A DNA stretch of 64,000 nucleotides from an uncultured Spirochaetota bacterium (GCA_963835575.1 CAWIGG010000004.1:869672-933671); one strand, 5' to 3'; positions 28,433 to 38,948 are shown, counted from the stretch's first letter. A program made the numbers and translations. Notes: generated by a model from the letters alone, not told the origin.

Positions 28433-29352
28433 TGGAAAGACTCATAAATATCCTGTTCCTGCTGTTTATGCCTTTTTTGTTCCTCGGGATCATCAATAAG
28501 GTCAAGGCCGTCTGGGCCGGAAGGAAAGGGGCGCCTATCCTCCAGCCTCTCTATGAGTTTATCAGGCTCATCAGGAAAGGGGAAGTCGTCAGCCGGACAA
28601 CTTCCTTCGTTTTTCAAATCGCGCTGTCGATTTCTTTTACGGCCGTTCTTTTTTCAGGCCTACTGGCGCCGCTGGCCCAGAGGTTGTGCTTTTTCCCGAT
28701 GGAGGCGTCGTTTATCATTTTCGCCTTCCTATTGGGACTGGGCAGGTTCTTCTCGATCCTGGGCGCGATGGACACGGGTTCCAGCTTTGAGGGGATGGGC
28801 GCGAGCCGCGAGGCCGCCTTCAGCAGCCTGATCGAGCCGGCGTTTTTTATCATAATCGGGACGCTCGCTTTTTTGAACGGCGGGCTTTCCTTCCCGGACA
28901 TCCTGAATTTAACGGAGAAGCATGATCCTTTCTTCATGCTCATTACTGTATTAACGGTCATCGCTTTTTTTATCATGCTCCTGACGGAAGGCTGCAGGGT
29001 GCCGGTTGACGACCCGAATACCCACCTGGAGCTTACGATGATCCATGAGGTGATGGCGCTGGATAATTCGGGCGTCGACCTGGCCTTATTGTCTTACGGC
29101 GCGGGCATGAAAATGGTCGTCATCACGTCCCTCATAGCCGCCCTAGTCATTCCGAAGGATTTGGGTTTTACCGCGTCGGCTTTTGCCTGGCTCGGGATAG
29201 AATCGGTCGCCGCCGTTTTTATCGGGACGATTGAATCGCAGACGGCGAGGCTCAGGATGCTGCATGTACCGCAATTTATCTTTGTCATGACAAGTCTCGC
29301 GCTGATCATTCTCTCGGCCGCCGCGCTGTGGATGAAGGGAGGGCTGAAATGA
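28429..29352 (+). CDS. NuoH/HyfC-like membrane subunit
   Basis: GRKGAPILQP, DTGSSFEGMGASRE, RVPVDDPNTHLELTMIHE. Confidence 0.9.
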   Translation: MMERLINILFLLFMPFLFLGIINKVKAVWAGRKGAPILQPLYEFIRLIRKGEVVSRTTSFVFQIALSISFTAVLFSGLLAPLAQRLCFFPMEASFIIFAFLLGLGRFFSILGAMDTGSSFEGMGASREAAFSSLIEPAFFIIIGTLAFLNGGLSFPDILNLTEKHDPFFMLITVLTVIAFFIMLLTEGCRVPVDDPNTHLELTMIHEVMALDNSGVDLALLSYGAGMKMVVITSLIAALVIPKDLGFTASAFAWLGIESVAAVFIGTIESQTARLRMLHVPQFIFVMTSLALIILSAAALWMKGGLK

Positions 29353-29987
29353 TCAGTTTTATTATCATACTCTTCGGCGTGACTATGCTTTTTGTGTCGG
29401 CGACGGGAAGGATAGAAGGGTATATTAAAATACTGTCCGTACAGGGAATACTGTTGATGCTTCTTGTTCTTTTCGGCTTTGATGATTTCAGTATCCTTAA
29501 TTTTGTATTTTTAACAGCTGAAACACTGCTTATAAAAACCATTATAATTCCGGTCTTTCTCATACGGATCGTCAGGAAGAATGGCATCCAGAGAGAGGTG
29601 GAAACAAACCTGCCGAATTTTTTCTCGCTCCTGATCGCCAGCGCCCTTTTTATGCTCGGCTTTTTTATTTCCTATTGGGCCCTTAAATTCGGGACTGCAG
29701 TCAATTCCCTTTATTTCGGCATATCATTTTCCACCATATTCACAGGCCTTTTCATTATTATATCAAGAAAAAATATTGTTACGCATGTCCTGGGATATAT
29801 GATGATGGAGAACGGGATATTTCTTCTGTCCCTTTCCGTGGCCAAGGAAATGCCGGTCATCATCGACCTGGGAGTGCTCCTGGATGTGTTCATCGGGATA
29901 TATCTATTGGGGCTTTTTGTGAATAAAATCCAATCCGCGTTTGACGAATCGCAAATTGACGCGCTCAATCAATTGAAAGACGAGTAG
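29349..29987 (+). CDS. HyfE-like membrane subunit
   Basis: Multi-TM; GYMMMENGIFL, EMPVIIDLGVLLD; ATGA overlap with the previous stop. Confidence 0.85.
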   Translation: MISFIIILFGVTMLFVSATGRIEGYIKILSVQGILLMLLVLFGFDDFSILNFVFLTAETLLIKTIIIPVFLIRIVRKNGIQREVETNLPNFFSLLIASALFMLGFFISYWALKFGTAVNSLYFGISFSTIFTGLFIIISRKNIVTHVLGYMMMENGIFLLSLSVAKEMPVIIDLGVLLDVFIGIYLLGLFVNKIQSAFDESQIDALNQLKDE

Positions 29988-29994
29988 GAAAAAT

Positions 29995-31398
29995 ATGATT
30001 ATTATTTTGTTCCTGTTTCCGGTCATCGCCGCTGTTCTGCTTTTTTTCCTGAAATCAAAAAAAGTGAATAACATTACGCTTATCTGTTATTCCATTCTAT
30101 ATCTTGCCGTGTCCGTTTTCCAGCTTTTTTCCCCCGGCGAATTCACCCGCTATTTTAAAACCGACACGCTGGGTTCGCTTTTCATGATCACACTCGCGGT
30201 TATTTTTGTCGGTGTTGCTTTTTATAACGCGGCTTTTTCCCATGATGAGGCATCGAACACATCGCATACCTATTATACGATCTTTTTCCTTTTCTTTGTT
30301 TTATCCATGACCGGTGTTCTATTGAGTGCGCATCTGGCTTTGTTATGGGTTTTTATTGAAGCGACGACCCTCTCCAGCGCTTACCTGATTTATTACCATA
30401 AGCATGGATCTTCCCTGGAAGCGGCCTGGAAATATGTCTTTATCTGTTCCATCGGCATAGCCATGGCTTTTATCGGGATCATTCTTCTGACAATCGGTAC
30501 GGGAATTGTCAATTCCCTCTTTTTTGACGATCTGTACCGGAACGCCCCGCTCATCAACGCGTTCTGGCTTAAGATCGCTTTTGTTTTCATCCTGGTTGGC
30601 TTCGGGACGAAAGCCGGCCTCGCGCCGGTGCACGCGTGGCTGCCGGACGCGCATTCGGAAGCGCCCTCGCCCGTATCGGCGATGCTTTCGGGAACGCTCC
30701 TCAATACGGCCGTCCTCGGGATAATCCGCGTTTATAAAATAATGGAACTTTCAGGGACCGCGTCTTACGCGCGGGTATTGATGCTTGCCATGGGTTTTCT
30801 TTCGGTGTTTGTCTGCGCGGTTTATATATCGCGGACAAAGAATTATAAAAGGATGCTGGCTTATTCTTCCATCGAGAACATGGGTATCGTCATGATCGGC
30901 ATCGGGCTCGGAGGCATCGGGGTTTTTGCCGCGCTTCTCCATATTGTCGTCCATTCGCTGACAAAGGCAGGTTTCTTTCTTACCTCGGGCAATATTGTGT
31001 CTTTTTATAACAGTAAATTGATACAGGATGTTAAATTTCTTTACCGGAAGGACAAATTCAGCGCGTGGCTCTGGATATTTTCTTTTATCGGGATTTCCGG
31101 ACTGCCTCCTTTTCCCCTTTTTATCAGCGAGTTTCTTATTGTAAAGGCTTTTTTTGATAAAGGATGGATTATTCCGGCCGTTATTTTTCTCCTTCTGCTG
31201 ACTATCATTTTATACGGAATGGGAAATAACGTGCTGAAAATGTGCTTCGGCAGGGACAGCGGGGAAAAAGAGGCAAAGCGGCTCAATCCCTTCCAGTATA
31301 TCCCGCAGGCCGCGTTTTTTGTTATTTTACTCATTATCGGCCTGTTACTGCCTGAACCGGTCCGGAAGATGCTTCAGAACGCAGCCGCGCTGTTTTAG
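29995..31398 (+). CDS. HyfF-like antiporter-type membrane subunit
   Basis: WVFIEATTL, LEAAWKY, GTKAGLAPVHAWLPDAHSEAP, KRMLAYSSIENMG. Confidence 0.9.
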   Translation: MIIILFLFPVIAAVLLFFLKSKKVNNITLICYSILYLAVSVFQLFSPGEFTRYFKTDTLGSLFMITLAVIFVGVAFYNAAFSHDEASNTSHTYYTIFFLFFVLSMTGVLLSAHLALLWVFIEATTLSSAYLIYYHKHGSSLEAAWKYVFICSIGIAMAFIGIILLTIGTGIVNSLFFDDLYRNAPLINAFWLKIAFVFILVGFGTKAGLAPVHAWLPDAHSEAPSPVSAMLSGTLLNTAVLGIIRVYKIMELSGTASYARVLMLAMGFLSVFVCAVYISRTKNYKRMLAYSSIENMGIVMIGIGLGGIGVFAALLHIVVHSLTKAGFFLTSGNIVSFYNSKLIQDVKFLYRKDKFSAWLWIFSFIGISGLPPFPLFISEFLIVKAFFDKGWIIPAVIFLLLLTIILYGMGNNVLKMCFGRDSGEKEAKRLNPFQYIPQAAFFVILLIIGLLLPEPVRKMLQNAAALF

Positions 31399-31413
31399 GA
31401 AGGAGTCGATAAA

Positions 31414-32898
31414 ATGAAATGGGCACTGACCAATAATAACCGTGTTCTAAAACTGAGAGATATTCCTCTGCTGAAAATCGATGATTTACGGAATGAGATC
31501 ATAAAAAATAAGGATAAAAGGCTGGTTTCTTTTTTCGGACATAAAAATAAAAAGGAAATTAAAATCTATGTCATTCTCGCGGATGACGATAATTCCAGTC
31601 TTTATGTTTCATCTTCCGTGATTAAGGAAGGCGGATCATATCAGTCTTTAACCCCGGAGCTTCCGGCCTTCCATCTGTTCGAGCGGGAGCTTTATGAGGA
31701 ATACGGGGTCATTCCTGAAGAGCATCCATGGCTCAAGCCTGTTCGATATAGCTTTAACCGGCATGACAAGAATAAAACGATGAGGAATTATCCTTTCTTT
31801 CAAATGGAAGGGGAGGAAATCCATGAGGTTGCGGTCGGCCCCATCCACGCCGGGGTGATCGAACCCGGGCATTTCCGTTTTCAATGCCTTGGGGAAAAAG
31901 TTTACCACCTGGAGATCCAGCTGGGCTATCAGCACCGCGGCATTGAGGACATGCTCATAAAAATAAACCCGCGCTTTGCCGGGCACCTGGCCGAAAGCAT
32001 AGCCGGCGATTCCGTGATAGCGCATACTTCGGCATACTCCGCACTGATCGAGTCGCTTCGCGGCTGTGAAATAACCCGGAGGGCGCAGGCTGTGCGCGGC
32101 ATAGCGCTTGAGCTTGAAAGGATGGCAGTCCATATCGGCGATCTCGGCGCGCTGGCCGGCGATATAGCCTATCTTCCCGGCAGTTCGCAGTTCGGGGCCA
32201 TCCGCACCCTTGTGATCAATACAATGCTCGTCCTCTGCGGGAGCCGTTTCGGAAGGGGGCTTGTGAGGCCCGGCGGGGTCATGTTTGACATAGATGATAC
32301 TTTAAAAAAACAGATGGGGATTACATTACGGAAAGTATTAAATGAGGTCGGCTTTGCGGCCGAGGCTTTCTTTTCCTCGTCCAGCGTTCTGGCAAGACTG
32401 GAGCTGACGGGGGTTGTCCCAACGGAAACCGCGAAGCAGATCGGGATGGTCGGCCCCGCGGCAAGGGCTTCGGGAGTTCCCGTCGATGTCCGGAGCGATC
32501 ATTCCTACAGGATCTATAAAAACTTTCCGGTCCACAAGCTGACGCTTCCCGGCGGCGATGTATTCTCGAGGGCTTACATCCGTTATATCGAGATCAGGCA
32601 GTCGGCCCAGTTCATCCTGGAAGTCCTGGAAAACCTTCCGGAGGATTCGGTTGAGCTGGTCTCATTAAAAAAGCCGCAGCCGGATTCATTCTCTGTTTCT
32701 TTGATAGAAGGCTGGCGCGGGGAAACGGCCCATATAGCCGTAACGGACAAAACCGGCAAATTAACCCGTTATAAAATAAAGGACCCTTCTTTCAATAACT
32801 GGTATGGACTGGCATTGGCGGTGAGGGACAACGGCATCTCGGATTTTCCGCTGTGCAATAAAAGCTTTAACCTTTCCTACTGCGGGCATGATCTGTAA
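31414..32898 (+). CDS. NuoC/NuoD-like large subunit lacking [NiFe]-binding cysteines (EhrL)
   Basis: VGPIHAGVIEPGHFRF, LGYQHRG, EGWRGE, DPSFNNW. The L1 site reads ESIAGDS (no RxCxxC) and the C-terminus reads NLSYCGHDL (no DPCxxC). Confidence 0.88.
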   Translation: MKWALTNNNRVLKLRDIPLLKIDDLRNEIIKNKDKRLVSFFGHKNKKEIKIYVILADDDNSSLYVSSSVIKEGGSYQSLTPELPAFHLFERELYEEYGVIPEEHPWLKPVRYSFNRHDKNKTMRNYPFFQMEGEEIHEVAVGPIHAGVIEPGHFRFQCLGEKVYHLEIQLGYQHRGIEDMLIKINPRFAGHLAESIAGDSVIAHTSAYSALIESLRGCEITRRAQAVRGIALELERMAVHIGDLGALAGDIAYLPGSSQFGAIRTLVINTMLVLCGSRFGRGLVRPGGVMFDIDDTLKKQMGITLRKVLNEVGFAAEAFFSSSSVLARLELTGVVPTETAKQIGMVGPAARASGVPVDVRSDHSYRIYKNFPVHKLTLPGGDVFSRAYIRYIEIRQSAQFILEVLENLPEDSVELVSLKKPQPDSFSVSLIEGWRGETAHIAVTDKTGKLTRYKIKDPSFNNWYGLALAVRDNGISDFPLCNKSFNLSYCGHDL

Positions 32899-32910
32899 AG
32901 GAAATAATTA

Positions 32911-33180
32911 ACAGGAAGGCATCCCTTGGCTGTGCTCGGGACAGGCTCCGGCGGGAAGGGAAGAATATAAACGTATCTTCTATTATAATATTTAAACTAA
33001 TGTAAAAGAAGCCTGATTGTAATATCCGATTTTTCACACGGATGACGCGGATTTTAAAGGATTTAGTTTTACGCTGAGCAGCTTTTTTATTGATGATATC
33101 TGATAGAGTCTTATATTAACCACGAAGTTCGCGAAGAACACGAAGAGGGTTGGAAAGGTGGGCTGCGCCCGGTGGATAAG
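32911..33180 (+). repeat. Forward-oriented modules B, C, D-like and F at the left boundary of the defence block
   Basis: ACAGGAAGGC[REP insert]GCGGGAAG; GTAATATCCGAT..CACACGGAT GACGCGGAT TTTAAAGGAT; AACCACGAAG TTCGCGAAG AACACGAAG; TGGGCTGCGCCCGGTGGATAA. B, C and D are in the same order as at 13853-14036. Confidence 0.72.
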
Positions 33181-33224
33181 GCTTTGAGAACGACTGAATA
33201 TCATAGAATGACACTGATGTTCAC

Positions 33225-34934
33225 TTATATCTTAAAATATTTTTTCTCTGCTTTTTTAGCTATTTTTAAAATAGAATCCAACTTTTCACTTACTTCCTTG
33301 TCAATTTCCTCGGGTTTTGCCATACTAACCAATTTGTAATAACGGCTTTTATCCATTAAAATCACAGAATTAATCTTTTTATAAAAATCCCTGAATACTT
33401 TATCGAGAAAATCATCACTCATTTTTGTCGTATTCCACCATTCGTTCATTTTATCTTTTTTTGCCACACCAGGAATATAATCATCGATTATATTTTTAAT
33501 TATTGACGGATAAGTCTGAGTAAATAATTCTTTTCCATATTCTTCAACAATAAAACGCTCAATAACAACCGGCAATGGCAAATAATTTTCTATTTCGTTT
33601 TTATCCCACATTAACATTTTGAAATATTCATTACTCTGAAGTTTAGCCGGAATTTTATCAAATATGGCGATGCCTGATAAATCAGGCATTGCTTCTTTTA
33701 ACCCGTAAAAATGATTTTCGGCTGATGACGGCCGGTTTGAATCAACAGTTCTGACGAATGCTTCTTCAAGGTACTTTAAAACGGGATGTCCTAATAATTT
33801 GGCAAAGGCTTGAAGTATCAAATGATCGGTCGTCCCTTCGAGATAAAGGACCCATTTCTTTTGTTCTGCAAGAACGTACTGATCAAAACCAATACTATTC
33901 AGTGATTTTACGAGCTGCTGAGTCTTATTCACACGGTGGGGATCACCGATAAACCCTATTATTGTATCCTTTTCCGCAGCCTCGTTAAGCACTGCTTCCG
34001 AGTGTGTGGCAATTATTAATTGTGATTTCTGATTCTTAATGGTTTCTGAAAGTGTGTTATAAATCTCTTTTTGCCTGATAACTTCAAGATGGGCATCCGG
34101 TTCATCAAGTAAAAGAATTGTGTTTTCATTGCTGTAAATATAAGAAAATAACAGCAGGATTTGCTGAAAACCCCTTCCGGAGTTGGAAAGAGCCATATTT
34201 TTCTTGGAATCTTCGCGATAAGTCAACAACAGCTTTCCCGTACCGGCATCATAAACCGGATCATCTAAATCAACAAGGAAAAACCTTTTTATGAGACTTT
34301 TTAATTCCTTCCATTTTCCATTACTGCGCTGATAGACATTCCAGCATAGGTTTCTCAGGACTTCCGCGGTCCTTCCCTCGCCGATCCTGCCCTGAATCGA
34401 TCCGGGTTCAAGTTTGTCTTCCTCGCTCGCAAGTCCCGACATTGGAGGAAGAAAACCAACGCGTTCGTTTATAACTTCTTCCGGAAAAGGCAGAGGTTTC
34501 CCATTTTCATCACCCAGTATCCGGCAATAAATAGATTCGGGATTTGCATAATCAAATTCAAAACCCAGAGACCATTTAGTGTTTGAAGTAAAGCCTTCGG
34601 CTGTAATTTTTATCCTGATATTCTCCGTACCTCTTTTACCTTCTTTTTTTATAAAACTTTTTCTGACATTGAGATCGCTCCATAATTGAAGCGCGGAGGG
34701 TAAAGGCATAGAAAGGAGTTCTTTACGGTTTATTGTTATACCTGTTCTCTGCTTCGCTTTGGTTGTACGGGAATGTTCATACCACCTTCTCATCCCGATA
34801 CTCCAGAGAGAAATAGCCTGCAATGCTGTGGTTTTACCGGAATTATTCGGTCCTATAAAAGCGACAACAGGAGTCAGGTCAATTTCAACTTTTTCCAGTT
34901 TTTTAAAATTTTCAATAAAAAGTCTGGTTAACAT
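33225..34934 (-). CDS. ABC/AAA_15-type ATPase with a C-terminal TOPRIM-like region (OLD/GajA-like, putative defence protein)
   Basis: IENFK, GPNNSGKT, SGRGFQQ signature, LLLDEPDAHL, IATHS, then LYLEGTTD...IFD...EIENYL. Confidence 0.75.
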   Translation of the reverse strand: MLTRLFIENFKKLEKVEIDLTPVVAFIGPNNSGKTTALQAISLWSIGMRRWYEHSRTTKAKQRTGITINRKELLSMPLPSALQLWSDLNVRKSFIKKEGKRGTENIRIKITAEGFTSNTKWSLGFEFDYANPESIYCRILGDENGKPLPFPEEVINERVGFLPPMSGLASEEDKLEPGSIQGRIGEGRTAEVLRNLCWNVYQRSNGKWKELKSLIKRFFLVDLDDPVYDAGTGKLLLTYREDSKKNMALSNSGRGFQQILLLFSYIYSNENTILLLDEPDAHLEVIRQKEIYNTLSETIKNQKSQLIIATHSEAVLNEAAEKDTIIGFIGDPHRVNKTQQLVKSLNSIGFDQYVLAEQKKWVLYLEGTTDHLILQAFAKLLGHPVLKYLEEAFVRTVDSNRPSSAENHFYGLKEAMPDLSGIAIFDKIPAKLQSNEYFKMLMWDKNEIENYLPLPVVIERFIVEEYGKELFTQTYPSIIKNIIDDYIPGVAKKDKMNEWWNTTKMSDDFLDKVFRDFYKKINSVILMDKSRYYKLVSMAKPEEIDKEVSEKLDSILKIAKKAEKKYFKI

Positions 34935-35010
34935 AAATTGCCCCTTGGATTTTTTGATTAAGATTTATTTTAACATAAATCTTATTATTTGTCTTTTCAA
35001 ATTCTAATGT

Positions 35011-38000
35011 TTATTCCATTATCTCATCTATTTTCCCCATCACCCGTTCAGTCTCCACAAGAGCGGCAATTATCCGCTGGTAGTGTAAGATTTCGTCAAA
35101 TGTTAAAGTGCGCCCTTTCCTGTCCTTCAGCCACTTCTGCGCGGGCTGGTAGCCGCCGATGTAGAACTCCCAGCTGATTCGGGAACTCCTCCGAAGAATT
35201 GCTTTTTATTGATCCATACTTTGCCATAATTTTTAACCTTAGATTTTACCTGTTCTTTCTCAAAAATCACTTTTTCCACTTCATTATTCCCCGTTTCGGG
35301 ATAAGCGGTAATTAAATTTTCAAGCAGCGGAGATTCCATCAGATGTAATTTCCTCAATACGGCCCCTTTTTCCGCAAGTTTAAAAAATATTTTAGCGCTT
35401 TCAGGATACGGTATTCGCGGAAAGTCTATTTTTAAGAATTCCTTATATTTTTCCCGGTAGGAAGGCGAATGGAGTACGGCATAAATATAGTCGAGAATGT
35501 CCAGCGGGGTAAAGTATTTCTTCGCTCCTTTAGTTTTTTGAATAGAATCATTGTCATCTTCTTCCTTGAATTCCAGCCCAATTTTCCCGGCGATAGCATT
35601 CACGATTTCCATGTTTAGGTTAGGACGGCGATGTTCCGAAAAGCGACGATTCGAATCGTCGCTTTTCGCTTCGAAATCAAATTCCCCATCGTCGTCGTAG
35701 AGGTAGAGAGGAAATATTTTACAATTATCAAATGGCGAAACGCCATCCTTATCAACAATTTTATTTGAAATGAAATAATTAGTAACATTACCTCTTCTTG
35801 AATTTCTAATTGCTAATAGACATATATTTTCTTTTAACATATTATTCATTAATGGGCTTCGTGGATAGGCCATAAAACCCTTACTTTTTCCAGTAAAATA
35901 AGTATACCTATCATCAAAAGGATGGTATAGTACATTATTTTCGACCCCATTATTATTCTTTATATCATCCATAGCCCATTTAATAGACCAATCTCTTCCA
36001 TCTTCACCCAAATTATACTTATATCTTATCTCCTCTGTTGACAATTGTTTTAAATCAATAATAATTTTTAATAATTCTTCCTTAGAAAAAGAATAAACTA
36101 GATTATCCCTTTTAGTTTGTATTCCAGTATTATTTGAAATAAATATTGATTCAATATTAAGTCCTTTATTATATTCTTCATCCAATCTAAAATCTTTTGG
36201 TACAAAAAAACAATACGGTTCAACAGGGTCAAGCTTCAACCATTTCAAAGATAAAATATTACTATTCCAGAGTTTATCATACTTAACCTCCCGTTCACCA
36301 AATACATCAAAATGAAAAACAGAAGATAATTCTTTTTTCTTTCCACCATTCTTTACAAAAATATTGATTGATACCCCTTGCTGGATATCGAAAACATTTT
36401 CATCCTTGCTTCCATCCGGTGAAGTTTCTTTTTTCTTTGAATTTCCATGGAGATCATAAATATAAATTTTATCGAAAGTTTCCATCAGGTGCTTGCGCAT
36501 CTGCCGGTGTGTAATGCCGTCGATATAGGAATTGTTTGTGATCATTGCCACAATACCCTGGCCGTTTTTCTCGATAAAATGCTCGGCATAGCGGATAAAT
36601 TTTATATAATCGTCGTCAAGATTCAGTTTCTTCTCATTCAATCCTTCCTTATAGCACTTTATCTGGGAACGTATCCAATCGCCGGTATTGCTGGAACTGA
36701 CGCTGTACGGAGGATTGCCGACCACGACCATGACGGGCATATCCTCCTTGACCTTATTCGCTTCCTTCGCCTCAAAGGAAAGCCACTGCGCGAAAGTGGT
36801 GTTGATTGTGGCTCCCGGCTTTTCCAGGCTGTTGGTCAGGTAAATTCCCAGGCGGGGGGATCGGTCGGTAAAAGTGTAGCCGGTTTCCTGGAAAATGAAT
36901 TCCATCTTGAGGTGGCACATCGCGTAGCTTGCCATCAGGATTTCGAAGCCATGCAGGCGGGGAAGAAGATGCTCGTCCACATAGCCGTTCCAGACGCCTT
37001 TCTGGGATTCGAAGCTTTTATAAATCCGCCTGATAATTTCAGCGAGGAAAGTCCCTGTGCCGGCAGCCGGGTCTAAAATCTGCACCCGGTGGGATTCAAT
37101 CTTAAATAATCCCCCCGCGATGTTTTCATGTTCCACCTCGACTTTTGAAGTATCAGCCAAGCCCATCTTAAGGCCGAATTCGGATTTCAGAATATCGTCC
37201 ACGGCGCGTACAATAAAACTCACAACAGGTTCGGGGGTATAATAAACCCCGCGCGATTTCCGCTGGGCGGGATCGTACTCGGCAAGGAATGTCTCATAAA
37301 AATGGATTACCGGGTCATGACGGGCGGTCGCGTCTCCAAAGTCTGCCATAATCTTATTCAAGTCACACGCGAGGAATAGATCGGCCAGCGCGTCTACAAT
37401 CCAGTCGATGCTGTTGTCCAGTTCGGGTCCGGCCACATAAGAGAAAAAATTCCTGAGAAATAGATTGGATTTCGGAACGAGGAATAAGGCTTCCTGACGG
37501 GAAAAAGTTTCCATTGTTTTATCATGAATCCTCGCGGCGAATAGGCCGTATGCTACCGTCTGAGAGTAAATATCGGCAAATTGATGTTCGGTCATATCAT
37601 GAATCAGTACTCTCTTAAATGACTGGTACTGGCTGTAAAGGGTATTGGACGAATCACCGGAGTGATCCGGTTTTTGAAGCGTTAACGCATTATAAATAAT
37701 ATCACGCATCAATCGCGCCTTGTCTGCCATCATCCGGGCGAGCTTTTCCGCGGATGTAATAGTCTGGCCCCTGTAATCACAGAAATCTCGGATCATATCC
37801 TCAAAAACAGGCCAGTCTTTTTCACAGGGTTTAAGTTTGCCGCCTTCGATTTCAGCGATTCGAGCCGTCATTTCTTTTTGCCCTGCGCGGAAAAGCCGGA
37901 ATTCCAGGTAATCTGTCAGGATAAGATTGTCAAGGCTTTCAAGGTATTTTTTAAGCTGATCGTCTTTCTCACTTTTATCAAGCGAAATACCAATATCTTT

Positions 38001-38207
38001 TGTTTCAACATAACCGACTGGTATTTCTTTCCGGGTGATAATCAAATCTGGCGCGCCGCATTCCTGGCGTCTGGGTTCATTTGTTACTTTTATTTCAGGT
38101 ATAATGCTTTCAATCAGCCCTTCAAGATCGGAACAATAACTGTGCTCGGTAGCAATTCCATCATTAAAAAGCCTTTTTATATTTGAAAAATAATCAGCTA
38201 TCGTCAT
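35011..38207 (-). CDS. Single-chain restriction-modification enzyme (type IIG/ISP-like without helicase; N6-adenine MTase), 1-nt frameshift near 35171
   Basis: N-terminal PDLII..VETKD nuclease motif, GVYYTPEPVV, DPAAGTGTF, GNPPY, IYAVLHSPSYR. The conserved tail WEFYIGGYQPAQKWLKDRKGR continues in another frame to a stop at 35011. Confidence 0.85.
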
Positions 38208-38407
38208 AATATACCTCAAATAATTATAATTACAAATTAATATATTATAACAAATTAAAGATTTAAATCAAAACTTTCATTTGTATTTTTATTTCTTTAT
38301 AACCATTGCACTCCGTTTTCTTCTCTGAAAGTCCGGGAAAGCCTTTTGATTTTTCCTGATGCTCACTTTGCTGAAGCCAACGGAGCGGCCAGCCAGTTCT
38401 CCGTTCT

Positions 38408-38571
38408 TCCGTTCCCGAGGCCATTTTCCTCCTGGCCATAATCTGAACATAAATCAACTCAATTTAAAGTCGTGTTATCTGTTAACATTATAATAGAAGA
38501 GAGGCAAATGTTTTTGACATAGCCTGCCCCCGATCCAATCGAGAGGATGTCAAAACCGATGCATAAAGCCA
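38408..38571. repeat. Spacer module X, copy 1
   Basis: TCCGTTCCCGAGGCCATTTTCCTC(C/T)TGGCCATAATCTGAACAT (42 of 43 identical), ATTATAATAGAAGAGAGG and GCATAAAGCCA all recur in the same order at 39818-39957. Confidence 0.8.
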
Positions 38572-38628
38572 TCGGCACATAAAGGAATTTTGTTTATTAT
38601 TTTTTTCTCATCATCGTTCCCCGGCGGG

Positions 38629-38948
38629 GGCAGAGAGTGAACTTTTCTGGATGCGTCACTTCATTAATTATGGAATTGTAATACAGAGCATCGCGCAGAG
38701 GGCTTAGTTTTGCCCGTGACCGGCCGGCTTGAACGCGCGGAATGTCCGAGCATACCCATTGTCCATAAATTCGAAATCAAGACAGACTAATAAAGAATAT
38801 TTGATAAATTACTTTCAATGGGTGTGCGAGTTCCGAGCGTGCGGCCGGGAGCGGATGCAAAACTAGCACTCGAAGCGAATGCGTTCTTTAGTCTGAAATT
38901 ATGAGAAAATGATTAAATATCAGCGTCCAGAAAAGTTCACTATCTACC
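38629..38948. mobile_element. MITE-like ~320-bp foldback element
   Basis: Terminal IR AGAGAGTGAACTTTTCTGGATGC / GCGTCCAGAAAAGTTCACTATCT. Internal nested pairs: TAGTTTTGC/GCAAAACTA, CCGGCCG/CGGCCGG, ACGCGCGGAA/TTCCGAGCGT, GCATACCCATTG/CAATGGGTGTGC. Confidence 0.6.

Noticed and set aside
26441-32898. Functional group 4 [NiFe]-hydrogenase or formate hydrogenlyase
   Set aside because: The large subunit lacks both Ni-ligating CxxC motifs, and there are no hyp, maturation protease or fdh genes in the window.
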